Positions 27,401-39,111 of a stretch of 64,000 nt of DNA are shown one piece after another. The translations under genes were made by a program, and so were the position numbers. The first letter of the stretch is position 1. Each line of letters opens with the position of its first letter. Below the pieces are notes generated by a model. It was given only the letters and a program-made list of their open reading frames with translations, had not been told where the DNA came from and ran no database searches. The stretch is from Geosiphon pyriformis uo1 (lineage: Eukaryota; Fungi; Glomeromycota), in NCBI GenBank assembly GCA_016748015.1, contig JAAOMT010000718.1, forward strand, positions 310,001 to 374,000. Reading direction: 5' to 3'.

Positions 27401-28088
27401 TAATCTCCTCCTCAAGACTGAGCTCTGTTGAAGTCCAAGCACTATCTGTGATATTAAGATAGTGATCCAAAATAATTGAAGTAATCTGGTTAGAAAATTG
27501 TCGAAATTTCAGTTCTGTGAGTTTGCCAATGTATTGGACTTTTATTGATTGCAGTATTGGATTTTGTAGAATATTTTCACAAGTATTAAACAAATCATAG
27601 AGTTTAAAAGCTGCTCTAAGTTTGTAGCAAGTGTTTGTTAGTCCAGCTGCTGTTTTGAATTCATTATGAATTTGTTTTTGTATAGCTTCAGGAGTGAGAT
27701 TTGTTGTTTTAAGTTCCAGTTTTCGTTCATAAAGTGTCTTTCCAATGTGAAAGTATTTATAGATAAGAATGTGTTCATTGTTCTGTTTATTGAAAAGTAG
27801 TAGAAGTTTTTATTGCATTGTAGTATTTGGTGGAATGTCAATAGGGGCAATTAAAAAATTTTCTTCCAGTGCTTGCTTCAAAAGTCTTGGTAACCTATTT
27901 TCAGAGTGACTTCTTGTTTTTCTTCTATAGAGGTGATAGTTCTGTAAATAATTTACTACTGGGGCTGTGGTTTCTTTCTGAATGTAATTAATTTGACTTC
28001 TATTAATCGTTATGGATAAATCAGGAAGTGTTTTCAAGGCTAATATTAACTTTTGGGATATTTGTTGAATATTTTGGGGAATAATCAT
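27381..28088 (-). pseudogene. El3 ORF3, uncharacterised ~235-aa protein in the env position, reading through the PPT into the LTR
   Basis: ORFs 27810-28088 and 27381-27593 are in the same frame, separated by a single TAA. Confidence 0.8.
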
Positions 28089-28234
28089 GATAAAATTGAC
28101 TAATTATGAAAAGAGAGAATAAAGAAAATTATTTTTGGATATGGGGTTTTTATTTGTTTTTGGGTTTGGATGTTTTTTGTAATTATTTACTATTTTTTTG
28201 TTTTTGTGTTTTTATTAAAAAATTATTGTAAAAT

Positions 28235-29620
28235 TTAAGTGTTCAAGTTTGGTTGTTGTTTTATTATAATTATTGGTTCTAAATTTCGGGGAATATCTTC
28301 AGGATTAATTAAAGGGAAATGTGTACCAATTTGTGGAATTAATGGTTCAGGATTGTTTCTGAAATGATAGTGTTTCAATCTGTCTCCATGTGCAACTTTT
28401 GCTAATATTTTGTTATCAAGTCTTAACTTGTATGATCCATTGCCTAGAATTTCGTGAATATAAAATGGTCCATCCCATTTATGTTCAAATTTTCCACTCC
28501 ATTGTTTTTCAGCCTTAGTTCTGTGTAAGAGAACTTTATTTCCAACTTTAAATTCGTTGGTTATGGGTGGTAATTTGTTGTCATGTCTTTTTTTTTGTTG
28601 AGCTTGGAACTGTTCAATATGAGTTGCTGCTATTCTTTTTTTTCCTTCTAGTGTACTAAGAAGAGTGTAGGCCCTTTTTTGGAGTGTTTTTTGAAAGTTT
28701 TCTTCATTAATTGGTTGGACAGAGTATGTTTCTACTGTAAAATTAATTGGTAATATTGCTGTCCTTCTATAAATAAAGTCAAATGGTGTGTGTTTTGTAG
28801 TATTTTGTTTTAGTGTTCTGTATGCTAATAACACTGATGGAATAAAGATATCCCATTTCTGCTCAAAATCTGTTGAGACTTTGGCCAACAATTCACACAA
28901 TATTCTGTTGAAATGTTCTATAAGTCCATTTGTTTGAGGGTGATAAGGTGATGATAGAGGTCTTTTGACATTGAATCGTTCACAAATTTCTTGTATCAAG
29001 TTGTTTACAAAATGTGTTCCTTGATCAAATAAAAATTCAATTGGACATCCATGTCTACAAATAATGTCTTCATAGATGAAATTTGCTACTGATTTTGCAT
29101 CTGCTCTTTGGATGGCTCTAGCTTCAGGCCATTTGGTAAGATAATCTACTGCTACTGCAATATAGCAATTTCCTTGGGTTGTGATAGGTAATGGTCTGAC
29201 TAAATCAATTCTAACTCTGTCAAATGGTTGTCCAACTTTGATTAGATTTAAAGGTTCTGTGGGGTGAGTTCCTCCACTTTTTTGACAACTATCACAAGAT
29301 TCTATATATTGTTGAATGTTTTTTTGCATGTAAGGCCAAAAATAATGTTCAAGAGTTCTTTGAATTGTTTCATTTCTTCCCAAGTGTGCTGAAAACGGAT
29401 CTGTGTGCATGTTATATAAAATTGTTTCTTTTTCATTTTCCTGTACTAATCTAAGTGGTTGGTTTGGGTTTTTACAATTTTTGTAATAGATTTTGTTGTG
29501 GTGTATAAAATATTGTTTGGATTGGTGTTATAATCGATGTTTTTCACTTGGAGACCAATTTTCTGGCATGGTGAGAGTCTCCAAATAGTTTTTGATGTTG
29601 TTGTAGTTTTCTAAATTCAT
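28235..29620 (-). pseudogene. El3 integrase, separate ORF with its own ATG
   Basis: ATG 29620 is in frame with ORF 28235-29410 (one intervening stop). HHCC, D-D-E (IDLV, FDQGTHF, NGLIEHFN), WDGPF; no chromodomain. Confidence 0.9.
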
Positions 29621-29676
29621 TGTTGTTGATTTTGTTGTTTGTTCTGCTGTTAAGTTTGTTGGTGTTGATATTGATA

Positions 29677-32600
29677 TTAATATTGTCTCATCCTTGAGAG
29701 GCTGTTAACATTAGTGTGTATTTTTCTTAGTTTGTGATGTACAATATATTTGTAGTCTGCTAAGAAGTCATTCCATCAAGACTGTTTGGCATTTTGTTCA
29801 GTTTTCTTTTTATTGAGCCATTTAAGACCAATATTGTTAATTATGATGTTAAATTCTTTTCCATTCTTCAGATATTGTTGAAAATATTTAAGAGCCCAGA
29901 TGACTGCGGCAGCTTCTAATTCAGTTGAGCCGTATTTTAGTTCTGTTGGTTTGAGTGTTCTACTAGCATAAACAATGACTTGTTCTTGTCCATTTTCATC
30001 CAATTGTAATAAGATGGCACCAAATACTATGTGTGAAGCATCAGTGGCTAATTGGAACTGTTTGTTGAAATCTGGGTAAGCAAGAACTGGGGCTGTTGTC
30101 AATTTTGTTTTGAGAGTTTCAAAAGCTTTTTGTTGTTTTTCAGTTTATTTGTATGGCACGTTTTTGTTGATAAGATAATTGAGTGGTTTGGCAATTTCTG
30201 AGAATCTTTTTATGAATTTTCAATAATAAGAGACTAATCCTATAAATCCTCATAGTTCTGTGGTATTTCTGGGAGTTTGAAAGTTTTTGACAGCACTAAT
30301 TGTTCCTGGATTTGGTTTGACTCCATCTTTATTAACTATGTGTCCAAGAAAGATCAAGCTTGTTTTTCCAAAGTGACATTTTTCAATGTTTAACTTCAAT
30401 CCTGCTTTCTGTAATCATTGAAAAACTTCTTGCAGGTGAATAAGATAAGTCTCGAAGCTTGGTGAGTATACATTAGTGTTATCAAGATAGACAACTACTA
30501 ATTGCCACAAGAGCTCTTTATATACAACATCCATGAGTTGCTGAAATGTTGCTGGTGTATTGCAGAGTCCAAAAGACATAACATTGAACTCATAGTTTCC
30601 TCCTTGGGTGGTAAATGCTGTTTTGGGTTGGTCTTTTGGGTCCATTTTGACTTGCCAGTATCCACTTTTCAAGTCTAAAGTTGAGAAGAACTTGGCTTTT
30701 TCTAGAGCATCTAGCATGTCATCAATTCTTGGAAGAGGGTAGACATCTCCAATTGTAACACTGTTCAATTGGCGATAGTCAACACAAAATCTGATTTTTC
30801 CATTTTTCTTTTTGACAAAGACTACTGGTAAGGCCCAAGGACTTCTTGATAGTTGAATCAATCCGTTATTGAGCATTCTCTGGACTTCTTCTCTGATGAA
30901 TTAGTGGCTGGCAGGTGGCACTCTGTAAGCTTGCTGATGTTTTGGTGGAGTATTTCCTGTATGGATTTGATGTTGAACCATATCTGTTTTTCCCAGGTCA
31001 TTGTTGTCTTTTGCAAATATATTTGCAAATTCAGCTATCAATTGTTTCAATTGTCTTTGTTGTTGAGGTTTTAAGGGACCCATGTTGATTCGAGAAAGTT
31101 TTTCTTTCAAAAAGTGGTAGTTTTCAGTAGTGGAAATGATATTTGGATTTGGGAGTAGAGTGTGCCTTACAATTTCGATAAAATTAGAGACAATTTGAGA
31201 GTTTTCATCTTGAAAAATATTGCTGTGTATGATTCCAATCTCTAATTTGTTTAATAAGACAATAAAGTAATTATTGGGGTTGTAGAATATAACTCAAAAT
31301 TTTTTCATTCCTTTGGGAATATAAACATTTGGAATTGAGATTTCATGTTTCAAACAGATTTGTTCATTAAATTCAAAGATTTGTTGTGTAGTGGTGGGTT
31401 TTAAGCAAATGTAAATTTCGTGATATTCTCCAAAAGGTGAAATGGTAATTGGCTGGGGAAGTTAAAGAATCTGGTGAGATTCATTTTGTGTATTAAGAGC
31501 TATGTTTACTGGAACTGTAAATCATCCAGTTAAACCAAAACCTTGAGTTCCTCTTTCACTTTTTCCCAATTGTTCTCTGTTGTTAACTGATTGTAGACCT
31601 GAAATATTGATTAAGGGTAGGTAAATTGCTTGAGTAATTTTTTCAGCATGTTCAATCTTGAATGATTTGTTTGTTTCATTCTGCAACATGATGGTAATGT
31701 CTCCAGTGTATCCTGCATCTATAACTCCTTTTCTAATATTGATTCTTTTGCTTGCCAATAATGATCTGGAGGCAATTTGAACCATTGCTCCAAGTGAAAT
31801 TTCAAAAATAATTTTGAGATTGATTTTTGTCAAAAACTTTGGTTGGATAACCAAAGTATCTTTTCCTAGGTATCTTAGATCATATCTAGCATCAATTTCG
31901 TGTGCTTTTTCTGGTCTGATTCCTTGGCCATGGTTGTTAAAATATTTAAGTTGTAAAGGTAGTTGCTTTTCAAAGAGATAGATGGAGGTGGTTGGTAGTT
32001 TTTCTACTAGTTCAGATACTTCCAATTTGATTTCATTTTCATCATTCTCCTTTGGCAGGAGAATGTTAAGAGCATAGCATTCTGGACATTATTTGTTATC
32101 ACAAGGCATGATGCATTCTTTACACAATTAAATGTTCATTTGCTCTAATTGTTGAATTTAAGCTTCTTGAGTCAGGTATGTGTGGCTTGCAATTTGGTGG
32201 TAGGTTTTTATTTCATCTTCATAATCAAATCCAGCTAATTCTATGGTATACTCAATGTATTCAGCTTTTTTCATTTGGCAGACATTTTCTTGGGTGGCTC
32301 CATTGATTAATGCCATTGCTAGGTCAAAAATTATTTCAGCATCATAAGGGTAGTGGTAAAGTTTATTGAGGGCACTGTTGTATGCTACATCAAATGATGT
32401 TCTTCTTCTGACTTTTTTCGAAATTGATAGAGCATATTGACAAGTCTGATCACATACTCTTCCTCTCATTGCTACATCAATCCAATTACATTCTTCTGGT
32501 AGCATTTCTCTACAAATAAGGCAAGGAGTTTTGTTCTATTTTCCACTTCTCTTTGGGGATCCAGATCATTCTCTATGATATGCCTTGCAGAAGTAGCAAG

Positions 32601-35301
32601 TGCGAGTTTCATATTCCTTTTCTGGGGAAATACAGGCTCTCATAGATAAAAGCTTCTTTTTACAATTTTTGTATTTTAGTGAAATGTATGGTGGTTCTTT
32701 TTGTGGTTCTGGTGTAGAATACTGAACCTTTTTTCATCTTCTTGTTTCCTCAAAAATTTCTTGTTCTGTTTCTTCAGCCCAATTGGATGTTGATCCAAGA
32801 GCCATATAAGTTTCAATAATTGGTGTTTCCTTCTCTTCCTCAAATTCAAATACTGGAGCTTTTTCTGATCATTTGTTGAAAGTACCACAAGTAGCAGATA
32901 CTATAGTGTGTTGTTCTTGGTATGAGATTTTTAGTTTTTGAGTTTCCCAATCTAAGTTCACATTGGCTTTAAGAAGCCAATCATTTCTGACCAGAACTTG
33001 GTATTGGGGTGCATCCATGACTAACACTTTGACTGGAATGGTGATTCCATCAATGGTGAATGAGAAATTGTTAATTTCTTCTACTGGTGTCTTCTTCATA
33101 CCATCTGCTGTAACAATTACAGTTTGGGCTGGTCTGTCAACAGTTCTTTGAAGCTGCTGCATTAACTGGTAAGTGATAATACTTCTAGCTGATCTACTGT
33201 TTAGAATTAATCAAATGGGTTTTCCTTCTACTGTAGCTTCAGTGTACATAGCAGTAATAGCTTTTTGTTCATTAGCTGCTGCATTACTAAGCAAGAATGG
33301 TGATTCATTTGCTTCAAATTTGAATGGAAATATATCTGAAAGGTTGGCATTTTGAGCAATTTGAGCTGATGGAATGGTATGGTTGGAAGAGTTTGTTCTT
33401 GGTACTGCAACTTCATCTTCAGAAAGTGCAGTTTGTTGAAAATTCGATTCTTCAGTCATTGTTAAATAACTGGGTTGAGTGTGAAAGTAATTTGGTCTTT
33501 GCTGACCAGAATTTTGGAAAACTAATTGGTTATTTGGATTGATTCTATTGTTATTATTCTGAAATTAATTTTGAGGTGTGAATTGGTTATGTTGAACCAA
33601 TCTTTTGGCTGGTACTTGATATTGTTGAGGGGGTTGTGTCTGATATTGCTGAATTGGTAAAGATTGCTAATATTGTTGCTGCATTGGTTGTGGAACTGGT
33701 TGATAGTAATTGTTTTGATTTTGGGGTCTTGATAAATAATAAGTTGGTGGTAGAAGTTGGTAATAAGATTGTTATGGTGAAGAATAACATTAATTACTCC
33801 TATTTTGTTGGTCTTTTTGTAATTTCCTACAATCTCATTTCCAGTGTTCTGGAATTCCACAATAATAACAATTTTGAGATTGGTTGTTGGAGGGTGATCC
33901 AAAATTGTTTTAGTTGCGTCATTGTGGGGGTTGATATCTTTGTGGTTGTTGTTGTTGTTGTTGTTGGTTTGTAAAGTAGCTTTCAACCTTCTTTGTGAGT
34001 TGGTCTATCTTTTCTTCAGCTGCTAAACTGGTTTCTCCAATAGCTAGGTTGATGAGTTTGGTGTGGTTTGCTTCTTCCATAGCCATTTCATAGTTCTTTG
34101 CATGTTTGATGACAGTTGCTAAGCCTGCTGGAGCATGTGGGTGGACTTTTTTAATCAGTTTGTCTTTTAACTCTGCTATAAACTGGTCCAGAATCTGAGC
34201 ATCAGAATAATAATCATTGGTTTCTAATTGTTGAATCCGTCAAAAAAGTTTGTTGAATCTTCTAAGATAAGTTATGACAGTTTCAGATGTTTCTTGTTTG
34301 ATATTGCGAAAGCAATTGCAAAGAGTAATAAAGGTGTTGTTGTCAGTGAATTGTTATAAGAAAGCATTTTTAAATGCTTGCCAGTTTTCAAATGGTTCTT
34401 CTAAGTTTTCAAATCATTCTCCTGCAGTTCCTTGGAAAAAATATGGGATTGCTTTGAGCATTCTTGCTGCAATCCAACCATTTGCATCTCCTGTTTTTTG
34501 AACTTTGTCAAGCCATTCTTGAGGACTGGTATCATTATCTTCACCAGTAAATTTTGGAAGCTTTGCAATGTAAGCAGTTGCCATTTCTTCTTCATTTTCT
34601 GTAGTTTCTTCTTGTTTTGATTTAGTTTCTTTACTTTCTAGACTCTCTGAATGATTACTTTTATTTTCTTATAAGTAATTAATAATATTGGCACTTGTTG
34701 ATATTGGTTCTTGCTGTTGAGTAGGATTTCTAGGTGACTGATAATCTTTTGGTCTGAAGAAATGTTTAAATGGTGAACTTGGTGTTTGTGGTTGAACAAG
34801 TGAAATTAGAAATGGTGTAATAGAAAGTGGTAATTTGACACTGGTTCTTTGTTCAGATGTTTGCAAGTGTTTGGCAGTTATTTTTAGTAGTATTGGAGTA
34901 TTTGGAGTGATTCTTGAGTATTGCTTCAATTTTTGTTTGCCTTTGTTGCTTGTTTCTGTCTCTGATTTAAAATCAATAGAGTATTGAGACTGCACTGGAT
35001 ATGTTTCTTCACAGTACTTAATAATGTTAAAATTAAGTTTTTGAAAGTAAGTGGCAAGTGTTTTACTGTTAAGGTCTTCAGTTCCCAACTGTGAATAATG
35101 CACTAAATTATTGTAAAGATTGCTTCTAACTTCTGAGATGTTGTAATTTCCAAAAAGATAATTGTTAATGTGGTTTTCAATGTATTGGTATACTGATTTC
35201 TTGATAACTTCAATTCCGTCTGGGATGTTGAATCTTTGCTTGCAGTGGGTGTAAATTGACTGGTAATACTCTAGAGTTGTTGCATCTGGTGTGGTCACCA
35301 T
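29677..35301 (-). pseudogene. El3 Gag-PR-Cys-rich-dUTPase-RT-RNaseH polyprotein (single frame, 1875 codons)
   Basis: ORF-track fragments starting 35301, 33459, 33162, 32505, 32025, 31110, 30876 and 30102 are all in one frame. CYYCGIPEHWK.DC knuckle, protease, dUTPase, RT (LDLKSGYWQ, YLDN), RNase H (ATDAS, ELEAAAV); ends LSRMRQY*. Confidence 0.92.
31522..31920 (-). pseudogene. dut: dUTPase domain of El3 pol
   Basis: Motifs I-V recognisable: ARYDL, SRSLL, GVIDAGYTG, KITQAI, ERGTQGFGLTG. Confidence 0.9.
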
Positions 35302-35346
35302 TTTGAAGTTGTTTTTGCTGTATTGTTTCCGTGGAAGAACACCAAA

Positions 35347-36347
35347 TATTACTGGAGGTTTTTGGTCTCTTTTTTTGAATGTTGTAAATGTCTGTTGGTT
35401 GCAAATTCACATTTTCTAGAAGTAGTTGAACCTCCAATAACTGAATTTATCTTCAAATTATTTTCTATAATTTGAACTTGCTGGGCTTATAAGTGGAATG
35501 GCCAATTTCTTGCCAGTTACTTTGTGTAATTATATTGTAGTAAATGTCAACTTTTTCCCAGGAATTGCTCATCTGGAAGCTCACTAAAAATGTATAGTTA
35601 CTTTGCTGTGAAAGTCAACTCTTCTACAGGAATCTTGTCTGTAGGCTACTCTAATGATTATAATAAGAAAATAAAAGAAAAGTAAAAGAAATTGAATTCT
35701 GTCAAGGGAAACGTTTTCTATCCTGGCCTGGAGTCACTAACAGTTTACTGAAATTGGTAGCTAATCAATTTCAAAATGTTAGTTGGGTTTTGGAGATTTT
35801 CCAAGTGCAATAATTAAAGAATTTGGTTTTTTAAATTATTTGGTATTTATTTCTTTTTGTGTGTGTAGGAATGGTTCTAAGTAATAAATCTAAAGTAAGA
35901 TACATTTTCTTGAAGAAAAAAGCTCTTCTTTTATACAACTTGTTGTAGTACTAGTCTATGAACTTGCACTTTTTCTCTTTGCTCAAATTTCGGCAAACTA
36001 AAGATACATTTTGATGGACTACAAGTTATTTCACTGAACTACTGATTAATTTGGGTGAACTATTCATAATTTCGGCGAATTTCTATAAATTTCGGCGAAT
36101 TTCTTATAAATTTCAGTGAATTTCTGTAAATTTCAGCGAATTTCTGAATGTTACAAAGTTCAGAGTATTGTGTAATTTGATTATTCTACTTTTTGTTATA
36201 CTAATTGGATTATTTAATTGAATCGTGATATGTGATAATTGATTAAATAATAAATGATAATTTGAAATGATATTAATATACTAATTAATTATAGGAATTA
36301 TAAGGGTAATTTCATGCTAATTAATAGCTAAAATTCTACTGGTAATA
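35347..36347 (-). repeat. 5' LTR of El3 (1001 bp; both termini mutated TG>TA / CA>TA)
   Basis: Direct repeat of 26441-27400 with 41 extra bp of internal tandem repeat. Confidence 0.94.
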
Positions 36348-37009
36348 TTGTTAATATATATATAAATTTACTCTTATTTCTGAGTCTTTTATTAGGCTAT
36401 CCGTGACATCAATTACTCAGTGCTTTAATCTTTAATCAGTTAATATACAACAATAAAATCAAGAAAATAAAAAATAAAAAGAAGAAAATAAAGAAATGAG
36501 CCAAGGCAATATGCAAGTTAGGATCTGTCAATAGCCGTGATTAAGAGCTATTGTTCCAGTATGATTGAGTATCAATTGCTATTAACATGAAGTGTTGATA
36601 GTGGAGAGTGAATTGAAATGGTGAATAATTATTTATTAATATTTGTGAATAGAAGGTTGCTTAGATAAAATTTAAACTGAGGAGTCTCTAATGAAAGGAT
36701 TTTTTTTTTCTACTTTTAACACTACTATTATATATACATAATTGATGTTCTATGAGATCATTCATATTTCCGAGCAATGTGTTATGATTTCTTGAGCAAT
36801 GTGCCCTAATTTTTTAACATTGCTCCATATTGCTGAGCAATGTGCTGTGTTTTCTGATATTGCTCCATATTGTTGAGCAATGTGCCATGATTTCTATCAT
36901 TGCTCTACATTGTTGAGCAATATGCTCACATACTACATACTATTTGTTTATTGGTCTATTATTTCTCTATATCTGTTTTCTTTTTATGAGTAACATTATT
37001 TCCTTCTTT

Positions 37010-37666
37010 TTAATATTGAGCTCCATCAAAATCTTCATTCTGAATTAGCTCTAATATTTCTTTTTTTAGTATTGTTTGTTCGATTTTATTTTTCACGTCT
37101 TCTATTTGTACATTGTTCATTCTTCCCCATTGATTAATGGTTATGGTTTCCATGTCAGAGTGTAATAGTATTTCTGGATAGTTCTGAAATATGTTGTGCA
37201 ATCGATAAATTGTTCTCACATGTAATGTTGAGTTTGTCTTTTTTCTAATAAATTTTTCAATTTGCTGTATTATGTTTTGGTTAAATACTCTCTTGGATTT
37301 GTCAATATACAACTCCTGAATATTCAACTTTCAATCTAATTGGTAGTAGCAGTATGATATTGGAAGTTGTTCTGTCCATTGCTTCCAATTCTCTTTTGTA
37401 AGTTTTTTTGTTGGTGCCATAATAGATATTTTTCCAAAAGTGTTCCTTACTTTTTCTATTATGTTATTTGACCAGTTTTTATCACTCTTTGGTATCTGCT
37501 AATATGGTGTATTTTTTGTTTTTTTTTTGGTGTTTCGATAGCAAATTGTTTGGTTGTTAATGATAATTTCCATGTCTAATGGTTGTTGACTTAATGCTTG
37601 GAATAATTGCTAAGCTATGGTGTGAATATGATCTGGTATTTCCATTTTCTTGGTTGCTTTTGTCAT
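37010..37666 (-). pseudogene. El2 ORF3, uncharacterised ~218-aa protein in the env position
   Basis: One frame from ATG 37666 to stop 37010 with three transition-type stops (TAG, TAG, TGA). Homologous to El3 ORF3. Confidence 0.78.
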
Positions 37667-37704
37667 GTATACTGTGTCTTTATATACTCTTTTATTGTTT
37701 GATT

Positions 37705-39081
37705 TTATGTGTTTGGTTCAATAATTATGATTGGTTTCAAATCTTATGAAATCTTATCTGGTTGAACTAGTATTTATTGTACTCCTAATTGTGGAATGTT
37801 ATTGGTAGATGATGATGTTATTTGGTGATATAGTTTCAGTTGATCACCATGTGCTGCTTTGGCTAAGATTTTGTTGTCCCATCTTAGTTTATAAGCTCTA
37901 TTTCCAAGAATTTCTTCTATGTGAAATGGTCTGTCCCATTTGGGATTAAATTTTCTACTCCATTGTTTTTTCACTTTGGTACAATATAAAAGTACTTTGT
38001 CTCCAATCTTAAATTTAACTGGTTTGTCTGGTAGTTGATTATCATGTCTTTTTTTTTGTTTTTCTTGTGACTTTTAGATGTTATCAGCTGTTTTTCACCA
38101 TTTATTTTCTAATGTTTCCATTAAGTCATATGTTCTTTTTAGCAATGTTTCCTGAAAATTGTCTTCAGTTATTGGTTCTGTTGGATAAGTGGTAACTTTC
38201 ATCTCAACTGGTAATGTTGCTGTTTTACCATATACTAATTCAAATGGTGTTGCTTGTGTAGTGTCTTGCTTTATTGTCTGATAAGCAAATAATACTGATG
38301 ATATGAACAAATCCCATTTGTCCTGATTTTCTTGACTGATCTTGGCAATTGCTTCACACAATGTTCTGTTAAACCTCTCAACTAACCCATTTGTTTGTGA
38401 ATAGTATGGTGATAATAATGGTCTTTTGATTCCAAATCTCTGACTTAATTCTGCTAATGTTCTGTTCACAAAGTGAGTTTTTTAATCTGATAATAGTTCT
38501 TTTGGACATTTATGTCAACAAATCAAATCTTGATGAACGAATTTAGCAACAGATTCTGCATCTGCTCTTTGAATGACTTTTGCTTTTGGCCATTTAATAA
38601 GATAGTCCATGGCTACCGCAATATATTTGTTGCCTCTGTTAGTAATTGTTAATGGTCTGACTAAGTCAATTCCAATGTAATCAAATGGTTGTCTCACTTT
38701 GATTGGTCTTAATGGTTCACTTGATCTTGTTCCACCTCTTTTCTGACAAGCATCACAATTCTGAACATATTGGATGATATCTGGATATATTGATGACCAA
38801 TAATATCTCTTTCTGATTCTTTTCATGATTACTTTTTTATGAAAATGTCCTGCTGTTAGGTCTGAGTGCATGTTGAATAATATTGTCTCTTTCTCTGGTT
38901 TTGTGATTACTCTAGTTGGTTGATCTGGATTTCTTCTGTTCTTTTGGTAAAGTATATTTTAATGGTTGATAAAATATTTTGATTGTTGTTTTATGTTCCT
39001 TTGTTCTTTTTGAGATAATTTCTCCTTGAACAATTAGGTATTTATATAATATTAAAGTTGTTGGTATTTTTGTATATTCAT
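37705..39081 (-). pseudogene. El2 integrase, separate ORF with its own ATG
   Basis: ATG 39081; H..H..CDAC zinc site, GIDLV, NGLVERFN, WDRPF (GPY/F module); ends LKPIIIIEPNT* like the El3 integrase. Confidence 0.88.
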
Positions 39082-39111
39082 CTTTTGTTATATTTTTGGG
39101 TTGAAATGTTT

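Larger units (their letters stand above)
26441..36347 (-). mobile_element. Ty3/gypsy element El3 (family B), full length (9.9 kb), nested in the El2 3' LTR
   Basis: LTRs 26441-27400 and 35347-36347; PBS TGGTGTTCTTCCACGG 35329-35344; PPT CTTGAGGAGGAGATTA 27401-27416; decayed TSD TCAT/TTGT. Confidence 0.95.
26187..36995 (-). repeat. 3' LTR of El2, in two pieces (26187-26440 and 36348-36995)
   Basis: Both pieces align contiguously to the 5' LTR around 45590. Preceded on minus by the PPT AAAAAGAAGGAAATAA. Confidence 0.93.

Noticed and set aside
27381-28088. env gene call for ORF3
   Set aside because: No signal peptide, TM anchor or fusion peptide, and too short.
28235-28400. Chromodomain at the integrase C-terminus
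   Set aside because: Only a GPY/F-SH3-like module and a short tail; no Y.VKW.G motif.
35329-35344. Specific tRNA assignment for the PBSs (Val-like for El3; Thr/Ile/Met-like for family A)
   Set aside because: Cannot be fixed without the host tRNA set, and transitions blur the match.
36060-36925. CRISPR-like repeat arrays
   Set aside because: Degenerate tandem units without unique spacers, located inside LTRs, with no cas genes and a eukaryotic context.
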